From an uncultured Bacteroidales bacterium (GTDB lineage: Bacteria; Bacteroidota; Bacteroidia; Bacteroidales; UBA7960), in the NCBI GenBank assembly GCA_964465275.1, contig CAYXIT010000012.1:1-37638 (forward strand): DNA of 37,638 bases, in the 5' to 3' direction. The translations under genes were made by a program, and so were the position numbers. The notes beneath the pieces are model-generated. The model searched no databases. It had not been told where the DNA came from and worked only from the letters and a program-made list of their open reading frames with translations. This document shows, piece by piece, positions 1-7,927 of the stretch (position 1 is its first letter; each line of letters opens with the position of its first letter).

Positions 1-1610
1 TCGCCTGAACCCTGCTGAGTGCGCTCAAGGGTTAATACCTGGCCGTTGGAAAGGGTGGCCTTCACCACAGTTTCGGCTGTCCCTGCCCAAACATTTGCAG
101 TAAGGTACACGCCGCCGGAAAAATCTTCGGGCGTGATTATCTTCGTGTCGGGCAAATCGTTTACAGAAAAGGGAGGAACAACATCTCTTTCTGAAGGATT
201 TTGAGAAACCCATTTGATAATGGTATTGTACCACTCACGAAAGGCCGGGGTATTCAAACCAACCCACTGTCCGCGCTCTCTGCCCAATCCTGCACCTATA
301 TATCTTTCGCGGTATTTTGAGTCTTCGAAATCAACATGAAAATACCCCATGGGCGCTCCCATCCGCTGCAATGCCATGGGAACTCCGTCAATATTAAAAT
401 CGCCCTGGTACCAGGCACCGGAGGCTGCACCGGCAATGATGTGCCGGAATGCAACCGAACCTATACCTGTACTTTCGGTCCATCCTTCAAATAACTGGCC
501 CGGCGAGTGGTTTTCTGTTGTATGTGTATGACCTGAAAAAGAAACTACTTCACGGCCCTGCATAATATCGTAAATTCTTGTTAGTTCATCTAATTGGTGT
601 TGTCCGCTTCCCGCATCTACAAAAGATAATAACGGGATATGTGTATTCAGAACGATCAGTCTTTCATCTGGAGTATTTTCAATCAGCCCTCCAAGCCAGG
701 CAAACTGTTTTTCTGTTAAGCGTCCGTTATAGGTAGGTCGACGACCTTCCGCACAATTGGTCCGCCCACGGTCAAAATCTTCCTCACCACAAGGGTAAAA
801 AATATTATCGAGCACTACAAACAAGACATTTCCCATTTCAAAGGCATAGTAGTTTGGACCATAAATCCTGCGCCAGGAATCCGCTTTATCATTATTGGTT
901 TTGGCATCAAAATCAATATCGTGATTTCCGATTACCAGCCACTGCGGCATTCCTGTAACTGCTGCCAGTTCAAGATTTCGATCCAGCAGAGCAAGATCAT
1001 CACCAACTACATCGCCCAATTGGATCATGCAGTCGCCCTGCCGGTAATCTGCCTCAAGAATATCAGCAAACACGCCATCCCTGAGCCAGCTGAGCTGTTC
1101 GTTGTTATAGGTCTGAGGGTCGGCCAGTATTGCACACGAAAACTTTAGGCCGGCAGCACCTTCCCTGATCAAGGGGAAATTTACCTTTGCAGGGATGGGT
1201 CCGTTATCAGGCAATCCGCCAAATCTCATATCATAACCGGTACCCCCTTCCTTGTAGATATAAAAAAACTGCGGTACCATCCGTTCATCGGTAGGAACCC
1301 TCCATCCCGATGGCTGAACAATAGTAAGGTTCATATCAGCCAGCACAGAGATCTCGTAAAATCCGATCTCATCGGTGCGAACCCAATCTAACCCATTGGA
1401 AACCAGTACGCCGGCTATTCCCGTTTCACCGGCATCCATAATGCCGTTTTTATTTACGTCGAAAAATACCTGCCCTGAAATGGTTTCTGCACCCTTGCCT
1501 TCGCCAATGATTTCAAGTGAAGCGATCCATTGCTGACTGTTTGCGGTATTCGAAAACACAACTGCTCCGAAAAAGAGCATTCCAATGGTAGTAATGATAT
1601 ATTTATTCAT
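1..1610 (-). CDS. Calcineurin-like metallophosphoesterase, secreted (partial; C-terminal end lies beyond window start)
   Basis: Absent from the ORF track because the frame stays open to position 1. Manual translation starts at the ATG (complement of 1608-1610): MNKYIITTIGMLFFGAVVFSNTANSQQW. That is a signal peptide, followed by the metallophosphoesterase motifs QLGDVVGD, VIGNHDIDFD, LNTHIP and SGHTHTTENH. Track ORFs 19-204, 25-234, 349-531 and 921-1148 lie inside it in other frames. Confidence 0.8.
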   Translation of the reverse strand, partial: MNKYIITTIGMLFFGAVVFSNTANSQQWIASLEIIGEGKGAETISGQVFFDVNKNGIMDAGETGIAGVLVSNGLDWVRTDEIGFYEISVLADMNLTIVQPSGWRVPTDERMVPQFFYIYKEGGTGYDMRFGGLPDNGPIPAKVNFPLIREGAAGLKFSCAILADPQTYNNEQLSWLRDGVFADILEADYRQGDCMIQLGDVVGDDLALLDRNLELAAVTGMPQWLVIGNHDIDFDAKTNNDKADSWRRIYGPNYYAFEMGNVLFVVLDNIFYPCGEEDFDRGRTNCAEGRRPTYNGRLTEKQFAWLGGLIENTPDERLIVLNTHIPLLSFVDAGSGQHQLDELTRIYDIMQGREVVSFSGHTHTTENHSPGQLFEGWTESTGIGSVAFRHIIAGAASGAWYQGDFNIDGVPMALQRMGAPMGYFHVDFEDSKYRERYIGAGLGRERGQWVGLNTPAFREWYNTIIKWVSQNPSERDVVPPFSVNDLPDTKIITPEDFSGGVYLTANVWAGTAETVVKATLSNGQVLTLERTQQGSG

Positions 1611-1837
1611 ACGTGAATTTTTTTAAACAGACATATTATAACTTTTTACGAAAATAATCATTTTGGGAAAGGGTGTAAAAATTAAGGAAAGAATTAATAA
1701 TTAATTAAATTTGATGCCAGAGAAAAGCAAAAACCCATTTTGAAGTAAATATCGGTTAAAGAAATTATTCATCCCCCAAAAAAACAATTAGCCATTTGAA
1801 GGGTTTAAACTAAACCCAATCAAGAAATATTTTTTCA

Positions 1838-2302
1838 ATGAACAACACCAAAGAAAACGCATGGAATTTTACCAGTCTCTTCCTTTTCTTTGCACTGGTA
1901 GCCGTTACAGGTTATTTTTTGGAAGCCGGTAATATTGATATTAGAGATATAAGCACAACTGACCTGATCATTCTGATCCTTGCTGTTTACAGGGTTACCC
2001 GGGTTGTGGTATTTGAGAAGATATTCAAGTACTTCAGAGATTTTGTTAAAGCCAACAACAGGGTTTACTTCATGCTTACACTGCAATCTATCATTACTTG
2101 TCCCTGGTGTGCCGGAGTATGGATTGCTCTTGTAATGACGGTTTTCTTTTTCCTTGTCCCTTACGGTGTTTTACTTGTATACATAATGGCTATATCAGGC
2201 GTAGCCTCATTCCTGGTAATGGCATCCAATTACCTGGGATTAAGTGTTTATGATAAGGAGGACAAAAGAAACAAAAGACCAAAAGATACCGGCACATCTT
2301 AA
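1838..2302 (+). CDS. DUF1360-type small integral membrane protein
   Basis: 154-aa ORF with an ATG start and several hydrophobic helices. It carries the ITCPWCAGVWIALV motif that I associate with the DUF1360 family, and has a basic C-terminal tail (KEDKRNKRPKD). Confidence 0.55.
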   Translation: MNNTKENAWNFTSLFLFFALVAVTGYFLEAGNIDIRDISTTDLIILILAVYRVTRVVVFEKIFKYFRDFVKANNRVYFMLTLQSIITCPWCAGVWIALVMTVFFFLVPYGVLLVYIMAISGVASFLVMASNYLGLSVYDKEDKRNKRPKDTGTS

Positions 2303-2357
2303 GAAATAAATTTTAAAAGTTTCAAATTTATTCAATTTCGGTTGTCCGAACTCCCAT

Positions 2358-2840
2358 TTACTCCTCAAAATATATTTCATCCAGCCAGTTAAACCTTGCG
2401 GCATCTTCGGCCCATTTCGGCCAGTGCTCAAACCATGCCGGAACTTTGCAGTTTTTTACCCGTTCCATGGGAAAGTAGGGTTTGATATCAAGCACAGGAG
2501 TTCCCGGTTCTGCATCAATGAAAGGAGTGTAGATGATTCCCTTTTCAGCATCAATCTCTTCAGCGAAAATGGTACTTACAAGAATGGGGTTGGGCCTTAC
2601 CGGTGATCGCGTTGAAAAGACACCTACTTTTCCGGGCGCTTTTCTGAAAAGCCGGTCAGCAATAAGGGTTTTTCTGCTTTGGGCATCATCTGTAAGATGT
2701 CCCCACCAAACAACCTGCAAATGGCTGAATCCTTCTATATGGGTCAAGCCCGATGAATACTTGTTTTCCAGCTTTATGACTGTCCGTTCGTTGATGGTCG
2801 TAATCTCTCCTATTGTTTTCACCTGAAATGTTTTTTCCAT
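2358..2840 (-). CDS. TsaA/TrmO-family (UPF0066, YaeB-like) SAM-dependent methyltransferase domain protein
   Basis: 160-aa ORF with an ATG start. It contains FSTRSPVRPNPI (the hallmark RSPxRPNPI loop of the TsaA/TrmO fold), HLQVVWW and LDIKPY. Its length corresponds to the single TsaA domain only. Confidence 0.75.
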   Translation of the reverse strand: MEKTFQVKTIGEITTINERTVIKLENKYSSGLTHIEGFSHLQVVWWGHLTDDAQSRKTLIADRLFRKAPGKVGVFSTRSPVRPNPILVSTIFAEEIDAEKGIIYTPFIDAEPGTPVLDIKPYFPMERVKNCKVPAWFEHWPKWAEDAARFNWLDEIYFEE

Positions 2841-2925
2841 ACCATACCTTTTTGAAAATCAATAAAATGAACTTATTATCTGTTGGAACATTCAAATTGA
2901 TTAAAAACCGCATCAAATAATTGTT

Positions 2926-3711
2926 CTATTCAAAAATATTTCCCGATTCAATGATCTTTTTGAAATCCCTTACAAATCTGGCTGCTGGAGCGCCATCCAC
3001 AATGTCATGATCAAAACTCAGAGTTAAGCAGAGATGTTCCCTTTTCTCAAAGCCACCGTCGCTTTCCAGAATTCGGTCAACAATTCCCCCGATGGTGATA
3101 TTCAATGTGTGTGTTGCGATGGGAACTCCCCACCCGGCCCCTCTGCCCACCATATTTGTAGAGGTTACCATGATGGTTCCGGCTCGTTTTTTCATCAGAT
3201 GAGGAGATTTGTCCAGGATCCTGAAAACAAAACGGCGTATGAATACCGGAAGTGCCAGGAAAAGCTTCATCGACTTGTAAACATCAGCGTCCTTTACATC
3301 TCTTGTTTTTTCATTAAGAATTTCGGATGAAATCTCCTGTATAGTTTTCCTGTTGGCAGCCCGAATAATCATGGCTACCACTTCGCTGTTACCTTCAACT
3401 TTGCGCTCTATGGTAGTACTGACATCTACATCTTTAAAAAGCACAATCTGATTCTTTCTGTTCCTGTAAGCGTGTAGTTTTTTATTGCTTTCAACGGCTC
3501 TGGCTGCGCAGTGAATAATATATCCGGTAAATGAAATGAATGCTTTCGTTTCCTTTTTGATCCTTTTAAGAGTTTCTCTGGCCCGGGTAATATCAACCTC
3601 AACCATAGAATGGATCATATTCTTACGTTTGGCAGCAGTGAGAAGATCTGTTGTTGCTTTACGAATATGCGGGAAAGGTTCGGTGGAATATGCGTTTTCG
3701 CTTCCGGTCAT
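2926..3711 (-). CDS. Stand-alone 2-oxoacid dehydrogenase E2-type acyltransferase catalytic domain protein (no lipoyl or E3-binding domain)
   Basis: 261-aa ORF with an ATG start. The catalytic-site-like LSFDHDIVDGAPAARF matches the E2 DHRxxDG motif, and GTIMVTSTNMVG matches the E2 TxSNxG region. There is no N-terminal lipoyl-lysine motif and no room for one. Confidence 0.7.
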   Translation of the reverse strand: MTGSENAYSTEPFPHIRKATTDLLTAAKRKNMIHSMVEVDITRARETLKRIKKETKAFISFTGYIIHCAARAVESNKKLHAYRNRKNQIVLFKDVDVSTTIERKVEGNSEVVAMIIRAANRKTIQEISSEILNEKTRDVKDADVYKSMKLFLALPVFIRRFVFRILDKSPHLMKKRAGTIMVTSTNMVGRGAGWGVPIATHTLNITIGGIVDRILESDGGFEKREHLCLTLSFDHDIVDGAPAARFVRDFKKIIESGNIFE

Positions 3712-4062
3712 ATTTTATCTTTTTTGCATTTTTCCCGTTAAGACTTTGTGTTCAGATATCAGGTCTGATATGTATTTTCAGATAATTGTCAAAATTAATG
3801 GTTTTATCAGAAGTTAAGAAACACAGATCAGGTTAATTACAGCAAACAAAACAAGATTATTTTGGCATGATACCTTCATAACTTTTTTCCTGAATTTTCG
3901 TATGCTTATACATAAAAAAGGTTGATTTACTATGGTTTTGATGAATATTTGACGGAACTATGCACTATAAACCACTGTATTTCACTTGCTTACATTAAGT
4001 AAAATGAAGATTATGATAGCGGTACAAATTAGCCCTATCATGCCAGGTTTAAAGCTCAGAAT

Positions 4063-7000
4063 ATGAAAAGATACAATCTATCTGTATTTTATGCTACCCG
4101 GGAGGTATGCAAGATTGCAAAAGAGGCATTTGACGGCCCGGGTAAGGAATGTTTTGCCCTTGGAAACGAAGATATCCTTAATAAGATCCCCGCTGATGAA
4201 ACCAGCAATATAATTGTAATTGAGCTGAATGAAAAGCACCAGTCTGAGATCAAAACCATCCTGGAACAACTTGAAGAATATGAAAATGCTGTTTGTATTG
4301 CCATTGAGGCAGAAAATGAAACAATATATCAATACAGCCGCAATCCTCTCTTCCACCGCAATATGATCAAATATCCTTTTTCGGTGCGCGAATTCTCACT
4401 TTGCATCGAACTGGGCTTTGAAAGACAAAACCTGAAAATTCTGAAAAGGAAATCGCAATTGTTTTCTGAAGCGGTTGATCAAAGTGCCAACTCCATTGTA
4501 ATAACCAACCCTAAAGGTGAAATAGAGTTTGTTAATCCGGCATTTGAAGAAGTTACCGGTTACACATTCAATGAGGTACTGGGGAAACATACGCGCATAC
4601 TCAAATCGGGCCATCACAAGCAGGAGTTTTATGAAAAAATGTGGAAGATCATCAACATGGGTGTGAAATGGGAAGGAGAAATACTTAACCGTAGAAAAAA
4701 CAAAGAGCTTTTCTGGGAAGAAGTTACCATAAGCCCTATTATCGATGATGCCGGGGAGATAAGGAATTTCCTTGCCATAAAGAATGATATTTCGCAACGC
4801 AAAAAAGCCCTGGAAGAACTTCAGTACAACAGGAAACTTCTGAAAGAGATCATGAACAGGGTGCCGCAATTCATATATGTGCGTGATTCCGAGGGCCGGT
4901 ATCTTCTGGCCAACAAAGCCTTTGCAGAGCATCGGGGAAAAGATCCGGAAGATATTATCGGTTTGACAGAAATGGAAATTTCTACCGATAAGGCACGCAT
5001 TGAAAAGATGATTGAAGAGGACAAGCTGATATTTGAGCAAGGCAAAGAAGTATTGGGCGAAGAGGTGATTTACGATCCGGTACAAAAAAGAGACCGTCAT
5101 TTTCAATACACAAAAGTACCCTTCCAGCTGCCCGATTCAAAAACATCTGCTCTGCTTGCAGTCTGGAATTGTGTAACCGAGCAAAAAACCATTGAAAATG
5201 AATTGCGCGATGCCCGCGAGCGGTTGCTCGATGCACAGGAACTGGGTGGATTTGGCAACTGGTTGGTTGATTTTGAAAACGAAAAAGCAGTGTGGACCGA
5301 ACAGGTTTACCACCAGTATGGTCTTGACCCCAAATCTGAAGCACCCTTTGCAGGTGACTTCTACAAACACGTTCATCCTGATGACAAGCAAGGGATCATT
5401 GATGCTATAGAAAAAGCACGGATTAAAGGATTTGCAAAATATGAATGCCGGGCCATTAAACCCGATAATGAGATTACCTATATTGAAGCCACAGTAAAAC
5501 CCATCATCAGAAATGATAAGATCACCGGTTTCTTTGGTACATCCTTTGACATTACATCACGCAAAACCTACGAGGAGGAAATCATGGCTGCGCGTAAGGA
5601 GGCTATTGCAGCGGCAAAAGCAAAATCCGATTTCCTTTCAGTAATGAGCCATGAAATACGTACACCGCTGAATGCCATCATTGTTATGGCCGATATGCTG
5701 CTCAATGAGATTGAAGATCCTGTACATAAAGAAAATATTGAAATTCTGAACTTCTCTGCTCGCGATCTTCTGAGTTTGGTAAATGATATCCTTGACTATT
5801 CAAAAATTGAAGCTGGAAAGCTGGAGCTGGAAAGCATACCGATACATACCAAAGATTATCTGAAAAAGATCGTTAACACCAACTCTATGCGTGCCCAGGA
5901 AAAGGGCATAAAACTGGAATTGGATTATGATGAAAGTATTCCTGATGAGATCATCGGCGATCCGCTAAGATTGGGGCAGATACTGAAAAATCTGATATCC
6001 AATGCCATTAAATTTACCGAAAAGGGCGGTGTTAAGCTTATTGTGAAACAGGTGAGCCGTGATGAAGAAAACAGTAAGATCTACTTCGGTATACAAGATA
6101 CAGGAATTGGAATTCAGCCCGACAAAATTGATTCACTGTTTGAGGTATTTACACAGGCCAGCTCCGAAACTTCACGAAAATACGGAGGCACCGGACTGGG
6201 TCTTGCCATAGTAAAAAGCTTACTGTTTATGCACAACAGCCGCATTACGGTTGAAAGCAAACCCGAAGAAGGCTCACTGTTCTATTTTGAAATTGATTTT
6301 CCCTACAAAAAAACAAAACCCGTTATCGAGGAGAAAGTTCCTGAAAAACTTGACAGCCTTAGCCTGAAAGATTATAATATAATGCTTGTGGAAGACAATG
6401 TGATGAACATCATGGTTGCCAAAAAGATATTTGACAAGTGGGAATGCAAACTTAATATTGCAGAAGACGGCTATATTGCCATGCAAAAAGCCACCAGACA
6501 TGATTTTGACATCATTCTGATGGACCTGCAAATGCCGGGAATCGATGGTTTTGAAACCACCCGCAAGTTGCGAAAATTATCTGATTACTACTCAAAAGTG
6601 CCCATATTTGCACTCACTGCCGCAGCACCCGAGGAGGTGCGTGAAAAAGTTACCGAAGCCGGTATGAATGAAATGATTACCAAACCATTCAACCCAAAAC
6701 AACTGTATAGCATCATTAAATCATACCTGCCTGAACCCAGAAGCAATAAGCACATCGCACCTGCATTTGTACCTGAAAGGAATACACAGGCATCGGAAAA
6801 CGATATCAATATTGAAATCCTGGTGAAGCTGAGTACAATTTTACGAAAGGATAATTCGAACAAAGCAATATCCTATATGGAAAATGTGGCCCGCGATAAA
6901 TCGGTATTACTGGAAAAGAGCGGACTGGTTGAGATCATTGAAACCATTAATTCGATTATTCGCATCAACAAAAGCTACATCAATAATAAAAATGTTTTGT

Positions 7001-7071
7001 TGCGCGAAATGATGTCAGATTTGAAAAAGTCTCTTGATGCACTGAAAGTCAAATATGAAGGCGACGATTGA
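4063..7071 (+). CDS. Soluble hybrid sensor histidine kinase: degenerate receiver-like N-terminus, three PAS/PAC modules, HisKA, HATPase_c, receiver, helical C-terminal tail
   Basis: 1002 aa with no hydrophobic TM segment. PAS-like blocks are SIVITNPKGEIEFVNPAFEEVTGY, FIYVRDSEGRYLLANKAFAEHRG and a third around HPDD..IEATVKPI. The H-box is SHEIRTPLN (His codon 5650-5652). The N-box is LGQILKNLISNAIKFT, G1 is DTGIGI and G2 is GGTGLGLAIV. The receiver has DIILMDLQMPGIDG (Asp codon 6523-6525) and ITKPF. Confidence 0.9.
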   Translation: MKRYNLSVFYATREVCKIAKEAFDGPGKECFALGNEDILNKIPADETSNIIVIELNEKHQSEIKTILEQLEEYENAVCIAIEAENETIYQYSRNPLFHRNMIKYPFSVREFSLCIELGFERQNLKILKRKSQLFSEAVDQSANSIVITNPKGEIEFVNPAFEEVTGYTFNEVLGKHTRILKSGHHKQEFYEKMWKIINMGVKWEGEILNRRKNKELFWEEVTISPIIDDAGEIRNFLAIKNDISQRKKALEELQYNRKLLKEIMNRVPQFIYVRDSEGRYLLANKAFAEHRGKDPEDIIGLTEMEISTDKARIEKMIEEDKLIFEQGKEVLGEEVIYDPVQKRDRHFQYTKVPFQLPDSKTSALLAVWNCVTEQKTIENELRDARERLLDAQELGGFGNWLVDFENEKAVWTEQVYHQYGLDPKSEAPFAGDFYKHVHPDDKQGIIDAIEKARIKGFAKYECRAIKPDNEITYIEATVKPIIRNDKITGFFGTSFDITSRKTYEEEIMAARKEAIAAAKAKSDFLSVMSHEIRTPLNAIIVMADMLLNEIEDPVHKENIEILNFSARDLLSLVNDILDYSKIEAGKLELESIPIHTKDYLKKIVNTNSMRAQEKGIKLELDYDESIPDEIIGDPLRLGQILKNLISNAIKFTEKGGVKLIVKQVSRDEENSKIYFGIQDTGIGIQPDKIDSLFEVFTQASSETSRKYGGTGLGLAIVKSLLFMHNSRITVESKPEEGSLFYFEIDFPYKKTKPVIEEKVPEKLDSLSLKDYNIMLVEDNVMNIMVAKKIFDKWECKLNIAEDGYIAMQKATRHDFDIILMDLQMPGIDGFETTRKLRKLSDYYSKVPIFALTAAAPEEVREKVTEAGMNEMITKPFNPKQLYSIIKSYLPEPRSNKHIAPAFVPERNTQASENDINIEILVKLSTILRKDNSNKAISYMENVARDKSVLLEKSGLVEIIETINSIIRINKSYINNKNVLLREMMSDLKKSLDALKVKYEGDD

Positions 7072-7755
7072 TCAGTCGAGCCCGTTCTCAACGGCAAAAT
7101 TTACCAGGGCAGCAAGGTTTTTGATCTCCAGTTTTTTGAGTAGGTTTTTACGGTGATTGTTCACTGTATGAAAACTCAGGTTGAATTTTTCTGCAATTTC
7201 CCGGGTTTTGTATCCCCCTGCAAAGTATTTCAGGATTTCCCGCTCACGTGGAGTGATCTTAGCAATTACGTCCTTATTCAACTCTCTGAGTTTTTCACGC
7301 GATAACATCCTTATATTTTTATTGTAGGTAAACTGGCTGGTAAAGTCAATGGACACTCCAACAACTTCAAAAATTGATTCATCTGTTGTCCGGCGGAAAA
7401 TATTTGCTACAGTGCACAACCATAAATAATTGTTGTTTACATCCCTGAACTTGAACAGGGCAGTAAAACTTGCCGATTTATTATGGCGGAAAAAATTGCG
7501 CATCTCGCGCAGCACATCGCGGTCATCAGGATGGTAAACATCCAACATCTCCTGTTCCGGTATACTTCGGGTGGTTTTTTGGTATCCCAGAATTTTATTA
7601 AATGCATTGTTTACCCAAAGCATCTTGTAATCGATTAAATCAAATACAAAAACAATGGCATTTAAATTCGAGAAAACCTTTTCATAAAATAATAACCTTT
7701 CTTTATTTTTTTTATATTTTTCCGGAAGACTTTGCGTAATGCTTTTGTTAACCAT
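7072..7755 (-). CDS. PAS domain + LuxR/GerE-type HTH transcriptional regulator (no receiver domain)
   Basis: The C-terminal TPREREILKYFAGGYKTREIAEKFNLSFHTVNNHRKNLLKKL is a LuxR-type HTH. The N-terminal half is PAS-like (IVFVFDLIDYKMLWVNNAFNKILGY ... HPDD). The track start at 7797 is a TTG, and a perfect TAnnTTTG box (complement of 7795-7802) overlaps it. I therefore prefer the ATG at 7755 (227 aa); the alternative is 7072-7797. Confidence 0.8.
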   Translation of the reverse strand: MVNKSITQSLPEKYKKNKERLLFYEKVFSNLNAIVFVFDLIDYKMLWVNNAFNKILGYQKTTRSIPEQEMLDVYHPDDRDVLREMRNFFRHNKSASFTALFKFRDVNNNYLWLCTVANIFRRTTDESIFEVVGVSIDFTSQFTYNKNIRMLSREKLRELNKDVIAKITPREREILKYFAGGYKTREIAEKFNLSFHTVNNHRKNLLKKLEIKNLAALVNFAVENGLD

Positions 7756-7794
7756 ATTGTAACCAATTTTTGCTGGTGTATATTTTTTAGCCTT

Positions 7795-7802
7795 CAAAAA
7801 TA
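7795..7802 (-). promoter_or_regulatory. Candidate Bacteroidota -7 promoter element (TATTTTTG) for the PAS-LuxR gene
   Basis: The complement of caaaaata at 7795-7802 reads TATTTTTG, matching the Bacteroides-type TAnnTTTG consensus. It lies about 40 nt upstream of the ATG at 7755. Confidence 0.3.
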
Positions 7803-7890
7803 GATCATTTCATTATTCTTAAAAAATAAAACTACCAGTTTACCCCTTATTACATTATTACATTTAAAACAAAATATGAAGAAATTTGGT

Positions 7891-7898
7891 TAGGTTTG
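7891..7898 (+). promoter_or_regulatory. Candidate -7 promoter element (TAGGTTTG) for the glutaminyl cyclase gene
   Basis: Exact TAnnTTTG match 30 nt upstream of the ATG at 7928. It lies inside the TTG-extended track ORF, which argues against that extension. Confidence 0.3.
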
Positions 7899-7927
7899 CA
7901 TCCATTATTCAAATCAAATTTCGTAAA

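Noticed and set aside
19-1148. Short track ORFs 19-204, 25-234, 349-531 and 921-1148 at the window start
   Set aside because: A single minus-strand frame is open from 1610 to the window edge and encodes a protein with clear metallophosphoesterase motifs. The short ORFs are off-frame artefacts.
2305-2332. Hairpin AATAAATTT-N10-AAATTTATT between the DUF1360 and TrmO-like genes as a bidirectional terminator
   Set aside because: The stem is entirely A/T and is probably too weak to terminate. It is noted but not called as a feature.
3756-3771. 16-bp palindrome ATATCAG-gt-CTGATAT and the related word CAGATCAGGT (about 3823) in the divergent gap upstream of the kinase gene
   Set aside because: The motifs are short and AT-rich with only two loose copies. 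They are plausibly chance, and there is no cognate regulator to link them to.
4396-5106. 236-aa antisense ORF inside the histidine kinase gene, plus other long antisense ORFs in the track (12242-12568, 20213-20578, 23807-24118, 25362-25862, 8660-8983, 27675-28013)
   Set aside because: Each lies fully inside a gene with clear family motifs on the other strand. The translations are low-complexity (F/K/I/L rich) with no recognisable motifs. Long shadow ORFs of this kind are expected in AT-rich coding DNA.
7706-7713. Homopolymer runs of 8-9 A/T (for example 7706-7713, 22554-22561 and about 33545-33552 in coding regions; 15022-15030, 21483-21492 and 26766-26775 in intergenic regions) as phase-variation switches
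   Set aside because: Runs of this length are common in AT-rich genomes. The coding ones encode Lys-rich segments in frame. Nothing in the sequence indicates slipped variants or invertible promoters.
7886-7927. N-terminal extensions in the ORF track that begin at TTG (7886, 7797, 10397, 13991)
   Set aside because: In each case an ATG lies 1-14 codons downstream. For 7886 and 7797 an exact TAnnTTTG promoter box overlaps or follows the TTG, and for 7886 the ATG gives a proper lipoprotein signal peptide. These are rejected as the preferred starts but not excluded.
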